Positions 1 to 10,155 of a stretch of 32,356 nucleotides of DNA are shown piece by piece. This DNA comes from Candidatus Woesearchaeota archaeon. GTDB taxonomy: Archaea; Nanobdellota; Nanobdellia; Woesearchaeales; GW2011-AR4. How positions within the stretch are numbered: position 1 is the first letter of the stretch; every line of letters begins with the position of its first letter. A program made the position numbers and the translations under genes. The notes beneath the pieces are model-generated. The model was not told where the DNA came from. It worked only from the letters and a program-made list of their open reading frames with translations, and ran no database searches. The stretch lies in contig JACPMP010000059.1 in the NCBI GenBank assembly GCA_016185915.1, forward strand, positions 1 through 32,356, written 5' to 3'.

Positions 1-1
1 G

Positions 2-1513
2 AATTTCATCGCTTATTTTGGCATTGAAGCCAGCGCTTTCCTGCTTGTTTTTTTTGCTGTTGCTGCCATTAGTGTATTGTTGTCCATCATCTTTCCAGGA
101 TTGTTTCAACTTAATGCAATTAATTACTCTCCATTTTTTGCATTTGGGATTTCCTCAATTTTTGTGACAATATTCTTCATTGCAGAAAGTTTTTTTGGAT
201 GGGAAAGCTCAACATATCTTGCAGAAGAAACCCAAGAACCCGAAAAGATAATACCAAGGGCAATTGTGATAGGAACAATAATAGTAGCTATTATTGGTAT
301 TCTAATTACAATAGTTTCTCTAGGTGTGATTCCATGGAAGGTATTGGCAGCATCACCTGTTCCTCTTTCAATTGTATCTGAGCGCTTACTTGGCAGTATA
401 GGGACAAAGGCAATCAACATAGGTATTTTTATTGCATTAATTGGCTCTGCTGCAGGAGGCATCATAACCCTGCCTAGGTTGATTCTTGCATTAGCAAGAG
501 ACAAATTATTCATAGCTCAATTAAGTGAAATTCATGAAAAATTTAAAACACCGCATAAAGCCATAATATTCCAAACAATAGTATCTCTTTTGGTATTTGG
601 AATGGCTTTTGGTAGGTATAAGGCATTATTAAGTTTGGTAGTGCCGCTTGGCTTTATAATGTATTTCTTTATAATCCTCTCAGTGCCTCTATTAAGAGCT
701 AAAGAGCCAAATATAAAAAGAGAGTTCAAAGTGCCTTTTGCAAAAATTGGTTCAGTTATTTTAATGGCATTTATAGTTGCCATTATGATTGCTTGGTCAT
801 TTTCAGAATCCAGCGCCTTAAACACCCTTAAATTAGGGCTATCGCTTATTTTTCTTGGCATGCCGATTTATTTACTGCTTGAAATCTACTATAATCCAGA
901 TACTATCATAAAAATAAATGATGCTCTTGCATATTTAACACTTTTAACAGAGAGGATAATTCTTCCAAAAAGTGTAAGGAAGGAGATACTTGCATTATTG
1001 GGAGATATAAAAGACAAAAGGATTCTTGAGTTCGGCTGCTCTGTCGGAACATTAACAATGCATCTTGCAGAAGCAGTAAGCCCAAATGGCAGAGTGTATG
1101 CCACTGATTTGTCAAGAAGGGATTTGCTTATAACTAAAAGGAGACTTGTTAAAAAAGGACATAGCCATGTTATTGTCATTCATGATGAGCATCAAATCAA
1201 CAGGGTTCATCCTTCAATACCTCATGTTGATGCAATTGTAAGCATTGGCATGATGGGCTATCTTCAGGATGTGAAAAAGGTGTTAAAGGAAATGCGCGAC
1301 TTATTGCCTTATGGAGGCAAAATAGTATTTGCTGATTACGCTGATTTCTTCAAAATTATTCCAAATGTTGCATGGCTCTCAAATGACAAAGTAATAGAAA
1401 AAATGTTCCGCGACGCTGGCTTTTCTATCTTTGTAACAAGAAAAAAGGGCTTATTCTGGAATTATGTTTATGTTTATGGGATTAAGTTTCATGAGAATAT
1501 TCCTTATGTTTGA
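2..1513 (+). CDS. APC-family amino acid permease fused to a C-terminal class I SAM-dependent methyltransferase domain (5' partial)
   Basis: Frame is open from base 2 (NFIAYFGIEASAFLL...). Multiple TM helices with APC motifs FFGWESSTYLAEE..PEKIIPRA and PRLILALARD..HEKFKTPH. C-terminal ILEFGCSVG (SAM motif I), VYATDLS, LLPYGGKIVFAD. Confidence 0.85.
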   Translation, partial: NFIAYFGIEASAFLLVFFAVAAISVLLSIIFPGLFQLNAINYSPFFAFGISSIFVTIFFIAESFFGWESSTYLAEETQEPEKIIPRAIVIGTIIVAIIGILITIVSLGVIPWKVLAASPVPLSIVSERLLGSIGTKAINIGIFIALIGSAAGGIITLPRLILALARDKLFIAQLSEIHEKFKTPHKAIIFQTIVSLLVFGMAFGRYKALLSLVVPLGFIMYFFIILSVPLLRAKEPNIKREFKVPFAKIGSVILMAFIVAIMIAWSFSESSALNTLKLGLSLIFLGMPIYLLLEIYYNPDTIIKINDALAYLTLLTERIILPKSVRKEILALLGDIKDKRILEFGCSVGTLTMHLAEAVSPNGRVYATDLSRRDLLITKRRLVKKGHSHVIVIHDEHQINRVHPSIPHVDAIVSIGMMGYLQDVKKVLKEMRDLLPYGGKIVFADYADFFKIIPNVAWLSNDKVIEKMFRDAGFSIFVTRKKGLFWNYVYVYGIKFHENIPYV

Positions 1514-1538
1514 TTAAAAATTAAGATATTTTTTATTA

Positions 1539-1877
1539 TCAAACACAAACCCCACCTCTATCTAATCTCAAAGAACCCTTAGCAAATATCACATTTCCAT
1601 CCCCATCTTCAATATAAATACAGAAATCATTTTTAACATTAAGCGATTTTTTAAAATCATTATAGCTCATATCTTTAATTTCTCTCAGTTTGTTTTCATC
1701 AATTATTCCGTTGTTTGCAAAACTAATGCTATGCTCATCAGTTACTAATCCTATTATCTTTTCTGCTTCTGTTATTTTGGGTTCATTAGCTTTATCATAA
1801 ACACTAACAACCATTGCTATAACTGCTACAATCAGCACAAGAGTTATTTCGTCAATCTTCCACTTTGATTTTTTCAT
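1539..1877 (-). CDS. Small N-terminally anchored exported protein (pilus-locus hypothetical)
   Basis: ATG at 1877 just after the upstream stop; MKKSKWKIDEITLVLIVAVIAMVVSVY hydrophobic N-terminus, then a soluble domain (DFCIYIEDGDGN). Confidence 0.7.
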   Translation of the reverse strand: MKKSKWKIDEITLVLIVAVIAMVVSVYDKANEPKITEAEKIIGLVTDEHSISFANNGIIDENKLREIKDMSYNDFKKSLNVKNDFCIYIEDGDGNVIFAKGSLRLDRGGVCV

Positions 1878-1878
1878 T

Positions 1879-3270
1879 CTAACCGCATACTGCAACAACC
1901 AGCTTAACTGGCTTTCCATTATATGTAATTATTCTATACATCTTAACTAAAGTTCCGCTTGAGCAAGTAACAGTTGCTTGTGTTTCTGTCTTTACTTGAG
2001 GACATCCTGAAGGACATTCCACATAATTTGCTGCATCATAATCTCTAATCCAGCCAACTTGTGAGTTGTCACAAACAGTTTTAGCTCTCTCGTGTATTTC
2101 AGGGCTAATATCACAAAATGAGCAGCCATTTATGCCGTCACAAGAAGCATGAACAATATTGTCATTGGCAAAAGTACAATCTCTCTCACAAGTTGTGCCT
2201 AAAGTTAAAACAAAATCTTGTATAAGCTGTTGCCCTGATGCAAGACTTATGCTTACTGTTTTAGGAACATAGTTTGGGTAGGAAGCAACTAAGTTGTAAG
2301 CACCACAGTTAACCCCTGTAAAGATGTATGTCCCTTGTGGCGGAGGTGGTGGTTGCTGTCGTGTTGTTGTTGAGCTTACAGTTGTTAAATCTCTCTTTAA
2401 TAGAACATCTGCTGGCGCTAATGGCTGATTGTCTTGATTTTTCACAGTTCCTGTGATTGAGCCAGGTGTGCATACTGGACAATTGTTGTTAGTGCATGTA
2501 ATGCTGCAAGTAGCAGGGCAAGGACCATTATTGGCAGCACCATTGTCACATTGCTCATTGCCTTCTCTTATACCATTACCGCAAACTGCACCTCCGCCTC
2601 CCCCTCCACCGCCATCACCTGTTGGGCAAGTTTCACAATCTGGGTCACAAATTGAACCGCAGTTTGCTCCATAATTGCTTGGGCATACACTATCTATTGC
2701 TCCGCCGCAAAGATAATTTCTGCCGCAGATTGTAACTCCTGGTGTTGGTGGTCTTATAGGTTCAATTGCAATTAAACAATTGTAATCAAAGCCTTGCAGA
2801 CATTGTAAACAACAAGCTTGAGGAGGTAAAGGAGATGCTCTTGGAACTATGCATGCTGAAGTAAAGGGTGGGCATGGGGATTGAGGACATTGTTCTTGTA
2901 GCTGTTCACACTCACCAGTTCTTTCATTATACATGTACCCTCTTGGTGGACAAGCCCCGCATCCTTGCTGGCAACTTTCAAGAGGAGTTGCTAAACATCC
3001 TATCGGCATACCTACTCTTACCTCAACTGTCTGAGGAGTACTCCAATCACCACAAAGATTGTTTAGATTGCAGATTTTCATTTGAACTGTATAAGTTCCT
3101 GGAACAGCGCCAGCAGTTGGCAATCTTTGAGGAGAATTACCTACATTGTGGTACGGAATAATTGTTCCATCCGGTTTTATTATTTGAGCTTCACGATGCC
3201 AAGTGCTTTGAGCAAAAGCATACGGCAGAAGCAAGAAAATTACAGCAAACAAAAATATTCTATTTTTCAT
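1879..3270 (-). CDS. Secreted Cys-rich surface protein with a Myxococcus-type Cys-rich repeat and a carboxypeptidase-regulatory-like domain
   Basis: Signal peptide MKNRIFLFAVIFLLLPYAFA; many Cys; poly-Gly linker; VCGNGIREGNEQCDNG; GSITGTVKNQDNQPLAPADV...GAYNLVASYPNY...QDFVL. Confidence 0.8.
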   Translation of the reverse strand: MKNRIFLFAVIFLLLPYAFAQSTWHREAQIIKPDGTIIPYHNVGNSPQRLPTAGAVPGTYTVQMKICNLNNLCGDWSTPQTVEVRVGMPIGCLATPLESCQQGCGACPPRGYMYNERTGECEQLQEQCPQSPCPPFTSACIVPRASPLPPQACCLQCLQGFDYNCLIAIEPIRPPTPGVTICGRNYLCGGAIDSVCPSNYGANCGSICDPDCETCPTGDGGGGGGGGAVCGNGIREGNEQCDNGAANNGPCPATCSITCTNNNCPVCTPGSITGTVKNQDNQPLAPADVLLKRDLTTVSSTTTRQQPPPPPQGTYIFTGVNCGAYNLVASYPNYVPKTVSISLASGQQLIQDFVLTLGTTCERDCTFANDNIVHASCDGINGCSFCDISPEIHERAKTVCDNSQVGWIRDYDAANYVECPSGCPQVKTETQATVTCSSGTLVKMYRIITYNGKPVKLVVAVCG

Positions 3271-3307
3271 TATTCCCTCTTTTTTGTCTAAATTTATTTA
3301 AAACTTA

Positions 3308-4633
3308 TTATCCTACACAAAGACGCTGTCCAATCAAGGTTGCCACAGCGCCATTTAAAATATTTTGTTGAGTTCTTGGTTTATAATATCTCATATCAGT
3401 ATAACCATTTGTAGAATTCCACAAATAGTTTTCTACAGCTGCAGCAACTGCCTCCAATAGTGTAACATTGGTACTTGAACCACCATTCATGCGATGATTA
3501 AAGTTTATGCCTGGAAAAACTGTGTTTCGCCTTTGGCCTTCTAATCGAAAAAAGAGATGCCCTAGTTCATGTTGTTTAGTCATTGAATCAGATAGTATCG
3601 GGAAATAAATAATTGCTCCACTAGTGTAATATCTTCTTGTTGGTGTCCTAGAATCTTGAGGACGAACATGACCAGATATACCACCCCGAACTACATAAAC
3701 AGCATTTTGAATAAAAGAACCATCAGTTGGTATGTCATCGCTTTGGATGTATTCAAACAAGCGATGGAAAGTGCCTGAGTTATTTTCCCAATGCCTGCCA
3801 GCTTCTGCTATGTCGCTTATATTAGCAGCATATATCCTTATTGGGCGAGCTTCAGGAGTCAAAAATCCTCCCAAAACTGTGCTTCCTTTTGGATTGTTGT
3901 CTGGGTTTCTATTTGGGTCATCACCATTTGTGCCTGTCATATACTTAAACCATTTCAATAAATCAAGTGGCTGGCCAGTTTGAGGGTCTATATTTAGTGA
4001 ATCACTACGTTGTCTAATTAGCTGGACGTTTTTAACATTCATCCCTTCTCCTAAATTAACAGGTTGTTGAAAAGGATAAAATCCAGGGTCAAAGTTGCCA
4101 GGCGGCTCTGTCCTGCCTGTAATAAATTCAGGCGCGCCAAATAAATAATTTCCAGACGCAATTTGATTTATTGGAGCAATACTTTGGTCACAGAGATTGA
4201 CATGAAAGCTATAACCCTGATTACTCTGAGGGTCTATTACAAAATATCCTGATGGATCAGTAACTCCTATGTGAATATCAAACTCACTTGGATTTTGAGC
4301 GCTGCTTCCTTGGCGGAATACTACAACTATATGTTCCAGTCCGGTATTCCCATCAGAAGCGCTAAGCGCCCTGCCTTGGAGTGTATTTCTAGTTTGTCGC
4401 GAGTAAAGTAATTTCTCAATGCCATCGTTTGTTTGTGCTTTCTCTATGCCTCCGTCTATAAGAGAATATTGCCTAACAGTTTGTGATTCTGGAAGATACA
4501 ATGGCGGCCCTTCAGATCCATGTGCTTTTGCACGTTTAGAACCCCCTATAATTGGTATGGAACCGACAGTAATAGCCGCGCCTGCTCTTCTTAATAATTC
4601 TCTTCTAGTTAAAAGTCTTTCATCTATGCCCAT
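3308..4633 (-). CDS. Twin-arginine signal protein with HExxH motif, putative exported zinc metallopeptidase
   Basis: N-terminal TRRELL + hydrophobic stretch + AKA; KQHELGH near the C-terminus. Confidence 0.6.
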   Translation of the reverse strand: MGIDERLLTRRELLRRAGAAITVGSIPIIGGSKRAKAHGSEGPPLYLPESQTVRQYSLIDGGIEKAQTNDGIEKLLYSRQTRNTLQGRALSASDGNTGLEHIVVVFRQGSSAQNPSEFDIHIGVTDPSGYFVIDPQSNQGYSFHVNLCDQSIAPINQIASGNYLFGAPEFITGRTEPPGNFDPGFYPFQQPVNLGEGMNVKNVQLIRQRSDSLNIDPQTGQPLDLLKWFKYMTGTNGDDPNRNPDNNPKGSTVLGGFLTPEARPIRIYAANISDIAEAGRHWENNSGTFHRLFEYIQSDDIPTDGSFIQNAVYVVRGGISGHVRPQDSRTPTRRYYTSGAIIYFPILSDSMTKQHELGHLFFRLEGQRRNTVFPGINFNHRMNGGSSTNVTLLEAVAAAVENYLWNSTNGYTDMRYYKPRTQQNILNGAVATLIGQRLCVG

Positions 4634-4733
4634 TTTATTAGCGATATATTTTCTGTGTTTTTAAACCTTTCGTTTGTTGCTACTTAAATGTGGTATATTG
4701 ATGATATTTTATTAGTTTTATTCCTTAATCAAG

Positions 4734-5030
4734 TTAAAATACCTCTTTTAAGGATGCATAACCCTCTAAATATTCCTCATAGCTTATAGGTGATTTTATA
4801 CCCAAATCAGCCAAAAGTTCTATTGTTTCTGTTATCGTTAAATTTAATTCTTTTGATGCCCTTCCTATGCTCATTTTTCCTTCTTTATAGTTCTTTAGAA
4901 TAAAATAAATCCAGCCATAATCTATTAGTTTTCTAGCTGCATATGACTTATCCTCATTTTCTTTCTTAGATAGTTCTTTTATAAAGTCTAGCTCTCTTTC
5001 TTTTAATCTTAAAGTTATAATCTTTGCCAT
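4734..5030 (-). CDS. UPF0175-family putative antitoxin
   Basis: ITLRL..., DKSYAARKLI (RHH-like), YKEGKMSIGRASKELNL (UPF0175-like HTH); AAGGTGA SD before ATG 5030; next to a PIN gene. Confidence 0.75.
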   Translation of the reverse strand: MAKIITLRLKERELDFIKELSKKENEDKSYAARKLIDYGWIYFILKNYKEGKMSIGRASKELNLTITETIELLADLGIKSPISYEEYLEGYASLKEVF

Positions 5031-5031
5031 T

Positions 5032-5529
5032 TTATTCACCTTCAATTTTGTTTTTTGCGTCCTTTATTATATCGTAACTATACCTGCCATATTTCTCTAG
5101 TGCTTTTAGTTTCTCAAATGCAATTTCTTTGTCCAATAATCTATTTTCATAAAGGCGTATCAAAAAGTGTATTGAAGTTGCAAATTTTATATCCAAAATT
5201 TTGCATGCTTTTATACATGGTCCGTCATCAGTAGCGAATAATGCATTTTTTTCCTTAGCTAGCACTAAACCGTCTGCTTCCCCTATTTCTATACCAAAGT
5301 CTTGAATTAACTTAGTAACTTCTGGGTTATTTACTTTTAATACTTGAATTTTATTCTCAGTAATTAATCTATTTATTAATTTTGAATCAAAACTATCTTT
5401 TTTCTTTGTTGTTTCTTCTTTGACATTTTCTGAAAAGATAATTCTGAATTTTTCAGTCAATGCACCCAATAAATGTATCTTGGCTAATAATATCGCTGTT
5501 GAACTATCAAAAACTATTTCTTTCCTCAT
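5032..5529 (-). CDS. PIN-domain toxin-like protein (DUF3368/VapC-like)
   Basis: IVFDSSTAI, GEADGLVLA and FATDD acidic PIN motifs. Confidence 0.8.
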   Translation of the reverse strand: MRKEIVFDSSTAILLAKIHLLGALTEKFRIIFSENVKEETTKKKDSFDSKLINRLITENKIQVLKVNNPEVTKLIQDFGIEIGEADGLVLAKEKNALFATDDGPCIKACKILDIKFATSIHFLIRLYENRLLDKEIAFEKLKALEKYGRYSYDIIKDAKNKIEGE

Positions 5530-5629
5530 GTATTACTTTATAATACAATCGTATTATTTAAACTTTTCTGTTCTCCACTACTTCACAAGCATTATGTATC
5601 TTAAAAATGTTTTTTTAATTTTCTATATT

Positions 5630-6691
5630 TCAGGATTCTGCCCAATAAACAGTCAAATCAGTTCCTGCATCGACAGGGTCTGGAGTAATACGCATATTGC
5701 TTATTTGGGGTAGCGCATTCACTTGCACAGTAGCTGTTGCTCTTGGTGAAGAGCATGCTCCAGTATTTTGGCAAGCTTCTCCTCGGATGTTATAAGTGCC
5801 AGTAGGTGATGTAGCTGGAATTGTGAAAGATACTCCTTGTGAACAAGTGCCTGTTGGACCTAAAATCCAGCTGGTTGATCCTGGAGATTGGTATTCAAAA
5901 CCGCAAACATCAGCATTAGCATAGCCAATAAAATTAATTGCTACTAGTTGTCCGATTATCGCTGGATTTGGACTGGCAGAAATTCTTTGCAAGGTGGGAG
6001 CTGATCCCAGACGAGGAGATGACCTGCTGTTGCATTGTCCATTCAAACAACCATATTGACAGTTTTGCGCAACAATTGTACCTCCACTGCAATACAAATG
6101 AGTATTACCTTCACATCCACTAAAATCATTAGCATAGCACTCTCCTCTATAAACACACTCTGTGCTTGAGGAACAACAAGCTGTTGTTCCATCATAATTG
6201 CTTTTACTTAATTTTTCTCCTACACATTTACCAGTGCAAGGACTGATGGCACCGGTATCCCTACAGCCGCATGATTCAGCGCTATATTTTGTTGGCGGCG
6301 GTGAGCCGATAGAGCAACTTCCCGTGCATTTATCAATTATACCACAAGAATTACATGTATTGCAATTGCAAGGATTTGCAGCATAAACACATGTAGGAAC
6401 ACAAGAGCCTCCACTACAAACGCCTGGACCACTGCCTGTAGAGCATGCTGCGCCATTATTATAAACAGTGTAACACGAACCACAATCATAGCATGAGAAG
6501 CATGTGACAGTTGTCCACCAGCAATGCCCTTCTTTATCACAATCCAATCCGCCGCAATTATAGAAATTACAGCAAGTCGCTGAATCACATTGTGTCCAAC
6601 TGCACTGGGCAAAGGATGTCTCACTTTTATATACAAAACTATATAACAAGAACACTAAAATCAATATGATGAATTTAGAGCGCAATTTCAT
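5630..6691 (-). CDS. Secreted Cys-rich protein with an Ig-like domain, probably 3'-truncated
   Basis: Signal peptide, ~200 aa Cys-rich region, one complete PTLQRISASPNP... domain, then stops ~25 aa into a second copy (PQISNMRITPDPVDAGTDLTVYWAES). Confidence 0.75.
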   Translation of the reverse strand: MKLRSKFIILILVFLLYSFVYKSETSFAQCSWTQCDSATCCNFYNCGGLDCDKEGHCWWTTVTCFSCYDCGSCYTVYNNGAACSTGSGPGVCSGGSCVPTCVYAANPCNCNTCNSCGIIDKCTGSCSIGSPPPTKYSAESCGCRDTGAISPCTGKCVGEKLSKSNYDGTTACCSSSTECVYRGECYANDFSGCEGNTHLYCSGGTIVAQNCQYGCLNGQCNSRSSPRLGSAPTLQRISASPNPAIIGQLVAINFIGYANADVCGFEYQSPGSTSWILGPTGTCSQGVSFTIPATSPTGTYNIRGEACQNTGACSSPRATATVQVNALPQISNMRITPDPVDAGTDLTVYWAES

Positions 6692-7617
6692 GAAAATTCA
6701 CCCTTTAGGAAAATTAAATTATTTTCTTTCTCAGAACCTTCGCTTGAATATATTGTATTTCCAATTTCATCTACAAGGAAAAGCTTGTGTGTAATTTTTG
6801 TTTCACCTGGCTGAATTCGAAACATTTTTTGTCCATTTGGACCTGTTGCTTCATTCAATGGTGGAGCTCCTGTTAGCTTCATAACTGGTGCGCCCGAACC
6901 CTGATTAGCAGAAGATGTTCTGATTATTCCTGACCTAAAATCAAGAAGACTATCTGCATTCTTTGTATAGGTTGAATTTAATTTTATCAAAACTTCATAT
7001 ACATTATTCAACTGACAGTTTGAGCAAGTATCAACAGTGCAATCATATGAAATTTGCCTATTCACCTTGTTAATATCTGGATTTGCGTCTTTACCGTTTG
7101 TTGTATCATATACTATCTTGCCATTTTTTGAAAACTTATTTTTTATTTCATTCAACGGTGTTGGAATAATCTTCTTATCTTCCACAACAATAATTGCATC
7201 ATCAGCCTTTATCTTTTGATTGCATACCTCTACAAAGCCCAAATCAACCTCTGCTCTCAGCACTTCCTTTCCATCATAAACAACAGAGCCATAATTTTTT
7301 ATTTTATAATTTGCATATTTTTCATTAAGTGCCTTGTTTATTATGCTCAACTGCTTTTCTGAAGTAAGCTGTTCCCCTGCCGCTCCTCTTTTTTTGCTTA
7401 CATTCTGTATTATCAAGAAAAATAAAATTAAAAGAATAACAATGGAAACTATAACTAATGGTTTGTATTGGTAATTTCTTATGCCAGATTCTTTTGCAGC
7501 CTCTTCTATCCTCTTGGCAGAATGGCCTTTTTCCAGTAATTTTTTTTTGAGAATATCAAATGGCACACCCTTTTTTCTACCTAGCTTAAGATATTCAACT
7601 ATTCTTCTGTCTGCCAT
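6688..7617 (-). CDS. Single-pass membrane protein with small N-terminal helical domain
   Basis: IVEYLKLGRKKGVPFDILKKKLLEKGH, then a TM helix and a large outer domain; GAGGT SD; 4-bp overlap with the next gene. Confidence 0.75.
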   Translation of the reverse strand: MADRRIVEYLKLGRKKGVPFDILKKKLLEKGHSAKRIEEAAKESGIRNYQYKPLVIVSIVILLILFFLIIQNVSKKRGAAGEQLTSEKQLSIINKALNEKYANYKIKNYGSVVYDGKEVLRAEVDLGFVEVCNQKIKADDAIIVVEDKKIIPTPLNEIKNKFSKNGKIVYDTTNGKDANPDINKVNRQISYDCTVDTCSNCQLNNVYEVLIKLNSTYTKNADSLLDFRSGIIRTSSANQGSGAPVMKLTGAPPLNEATGPNGQKMFRIQPGETKITHKLFLVDEIGNTIYSSEGSEKENNLIFLKGEFS

Positions 7618-7675
7618 TTATACCTCTTTTTTGAAATTAGGACGTAGGAATACATAAAAACTCTCCGAAGCTGAA

Positions 7676-7792
7676 TTAATCTTCTTGCTCCAAACGAACA
7701 TTAGCATAGCCCTTCCTATGGGCACTTACCTGCCACGCAAATGAAACATCTCTGCCATCAATTGATTTGACAACACAAGTAAATTGCCTCAT
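7676..7792 (-). pseudogene. Orphan C-terminal fragment resembling the end of phage tail-fibre/chaperone-like proteins
   Basis: Manual translation [38 protein letters not shown]; resembles the F-x-W-x-V-x-A-x-RKGY-x-N-x-RLE ending as I recall it. Confidence 0.55.
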
Positions 7793-7802
7793 TTTGTTGT
7801 AT

Positions 7803-8924
7803 TTATTGAATACTTACTAAAACAAGCACTTGCCCATTTTCTCCAACAGGTGTTAAGACTTTTCCTACAATTTTACCTTCACAATTACCTAAACATGACT
7901 TGGCTTTGCCATTATAAGAGCTTATTAACAAATCTCCTGGCTTAACATTTCCTTCTACATTTACCGGCACTCTTCCTGAAATTGCAAGTTTTATTGAGTT
8001 ATCTCCTTCATATTCATTGCCTATAATCATGTGAGGTTTTGTGCTAACAATACCTATAGCAAGATTACTATTGCTATCGCATTTTTTAACAACACCGCCA
8101 TTTTGTATAGTGCTTTTTTCTGCATCTATGCATACAACATCGCCTGCTTCTGGTTTAATTCCAGAAAATTTGACCCATTCTGCAATATCAATTGCACCTC
8201 CTGTTCTTGTTGTAGCAAATGAGTTGCCAACTACGTTTAGGTCACCACTTACCCATAAATTTTTTCGTGCCCAAGTTTGTCCGCTTCCTTCACCAACATT
8301 GACATCACCCATCAATACAATTGTTCTGCTTTGAGCCCCTGGCAAAGCACTATTCTCAGTCCAGCCAATTACATTTCCTGCATTAGCTTGATCAATTCCC
8401 GGCAACCCATTTGTCTCTCCTTCGACATTTGAATCCATTATCCATTTATGATTCGCAGCATCCCATCCTGCTAAAGTAAGTCTATTGCCTGATACGTAAA
8501 AGTTCGCTTGAGGACTAGCGCCTATTCCATAAATCCCAACAGTGCTGTAAGATGGAACAGCAAATCCTATTTGTCCTGAAGTTGAATCCCAGCCAACACC
8601 ATAAAATGTTACACCGCCTCCAACTGCAGCAGCATCTCGTAAAGCCCTCTGCCTTTCCCCTAAGCCCATGAATACATATGGAGGTTGAGATGTAGAAGGG
8701 GATTGGATATACATGTTTCCGTTAGCCACAATTGCGCTGTTCGATGCAATTGGACCATTAACGCTTAATAATGGACCAGTCGTACTACCGCATGTATTGC
8801 TCAAAGTTACTTTTCCTGGAAATGTGTAATCACAAGAACCAAAACTGCATGCAGTCTGAGCATATGCCCCTACCATCAAAATCAAAGAAAAAACAACTCC
8901 GCATAAAAATATTTTATTTTTCAT
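7803..8924 (-). CDS. Secreted beta-rich fibre-like protein with C-terminal intramolecular chaperone/autocleavage (peptidase G2-like) domain
   Basis: Signal peptide; [49 protein letters not shown] motifs. Confidence 0.7.
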   Translation of the reverse strand: MKNKIFLCGVVFSLILMVGAYAQTACSFGSCDYTFPGKVTLSNTCGSTTGPLLSVNGPIASNSAIVANGNMYIQSPSTSQPPYVFMGLGERQRALRDAAAVGGGVTFYGVGWDSTSGQIGFAVPSYSTVGIYGIGASPQANFYVSGNRLTLAGWDAANHKWIMDSNVEGETNGLPGIDQANAGNVIGWTENSALPGAQSRTIVLMGDVNVGEGSGQTWARKNLWVSGDLNVVGNSFATTRTGGAIDIAEWVKFSGIKPEAGDVVCIDAEKSTIQNGGVVKKCDSNSNLAIGIVSTKPHMIIGNEYEGDNSIKLAISGRVPVNVEGNVKPGDLLISSYNGKAKSCLGNCEGKIVGKVLTPVGENGQVLVLVSIQ

Positions 8925-9023
8925 TTTATACCTCTTTTTGTTTAAGATACAGTCTTATTTTTATTACTTTAATTAACTCATATTTAATCTTTATTGTTTT
9001 TTCTGATGTTTATCTGTTTTTGT

Positions 9024-9428
9024 TCAGTTCATAAACACAAACCCATTCCTCTTAGAAATTCTGTTAGAGCCTTTTGTGATATTTCCTGTAACATTTGACA
9101 AAAATTTTATGTATTCGTAGCCCGAGTAATTTACCGCAAGTTCCCTGTTATCAGTTATGTTTATGCTGTAACTAATGCCATTAACAGTCTGAGGCATGGT
9201 AAAATTTCTTGTGTAGCCGTCATTAACCGATTTTGCAATTTCTATTTCACGGTAAGCAAATTCTGCTATGTCTTGAGCAATTTTTTTACTGCCTTCTTCT
9301 CTGGCTTCCAGCATTTTAGAACTAGTTACTGCAAAAAAACCAACTACAACTAAAAGCATAAATGATGCTAAAAAAATAAACTCAACAGCAGACTGTGATT
9401 TTAATTTATATTTCTTAGTTTTAAACAT
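9024..9428 (-). CDS. Class III signal peptide (type IV pilin-like) protein
   Basis: KSQSAVEFIFLASFMLLVVVGFF; ATG at 9428 preferred. Confidence 0.8.
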   Translation of the reverse strand: MFKTKKYKLKSQSAVEFIFLASFMLLVVVGFFAVTSSKMLEAREEGSKKIAQDIAEFAYREIEIAKSVNDGYTRNFTMPQTVNGISYSINITDNRELAVNYSGYEYIKFLSNVTGNITKGSNRISKRNGFVFMN

Positions 9429-9681
9429 TTTTATATTTTCTGCAAAACTCAATTGGCGGAATACTGTATCCTTGCTCTTATTTTGTCAAATGGAATTTTT
9501 CATTGTTTAATCTTGTTTTATGTATTTGATAATCTGAAATTGATGTATTCTGTAATTTGTCTTCATCATTCACAGCGCATTATACAATCCTGCCATTAGA
9601 TTTTGAAAAATAAAAATATTTGAATTATCTTTTGTTTTATTTTTATTTAATGTTCAATCGTTAATGGATTTTTATTATTCT

Positions 9682-10155
9682 CTATATCACACTTATATTT
9701 ACAGTCTCTTTGCTTATCGCTTCTATTTTTACCTTTTTAAGGCCTTGACTTGCGAGTTCCGGAAGCTTGCATACCATTTGCTCGCAGTTTGAGCCTGAAG
9801 TTGACATATTGACAGAAGAAAAAAATACAATTTCTGAAATTCCAAAACTAGTTGTTAAATTCAAGACAAGCTCTCTGCCGTCAATTATTTGGGCGCTTTG
9901 GACATTATCCGGGACATTCAGCTCTAATGTGGTTTTTGAGCCTTGGCCTGAATAAAAAATAGTTTCTGCAGCATCAACTATGCTTTTGCCTATTTTTGTT
10001 ATCTGCGAGTCTGTTATTTCCTGGCTTGATTCTTTGGAGTAATTATAAAATAAATAAGCAGTTGGCACAATTATCGCAAAAGTTAAAGCTACCACTAATA
10101 GATATTCCAAAGACGATTGTGCTAAATGCGATTTAGCTGGATGTGACTTTTCCAT
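9682..10155 (-). CDS. Class III signal peptide (type IV pilin-like) protein
   Basis: AQSSLEYLLVVALTFAII; GQGSKTTLELNVP. Confidence 0.8.
   Translation of the reverse strand: MEKSHPAKSHLAQSSLEYLLVVALTFAIIVPTAYLFYNYSKESSQEITDSQITKIGKSIVDAAETIFYSGQGSKTTLELNVPDNVQSAQIIDGRELVLNLTTSFGISEIVFFSSVNMSTSGSNCEQMVCKLPELASQGLKKVKIEAISKETVNISVI

Noticed and set aside
2590..2617. Poly-Gly tract as a slippage switch
   Set aside because: Mixed codons and in frame; an ordinary linker.
9453..9681. Possible degraded gene between pilin-like genes
   Set aside because: Only short interrupted frames with no recognisable motif.
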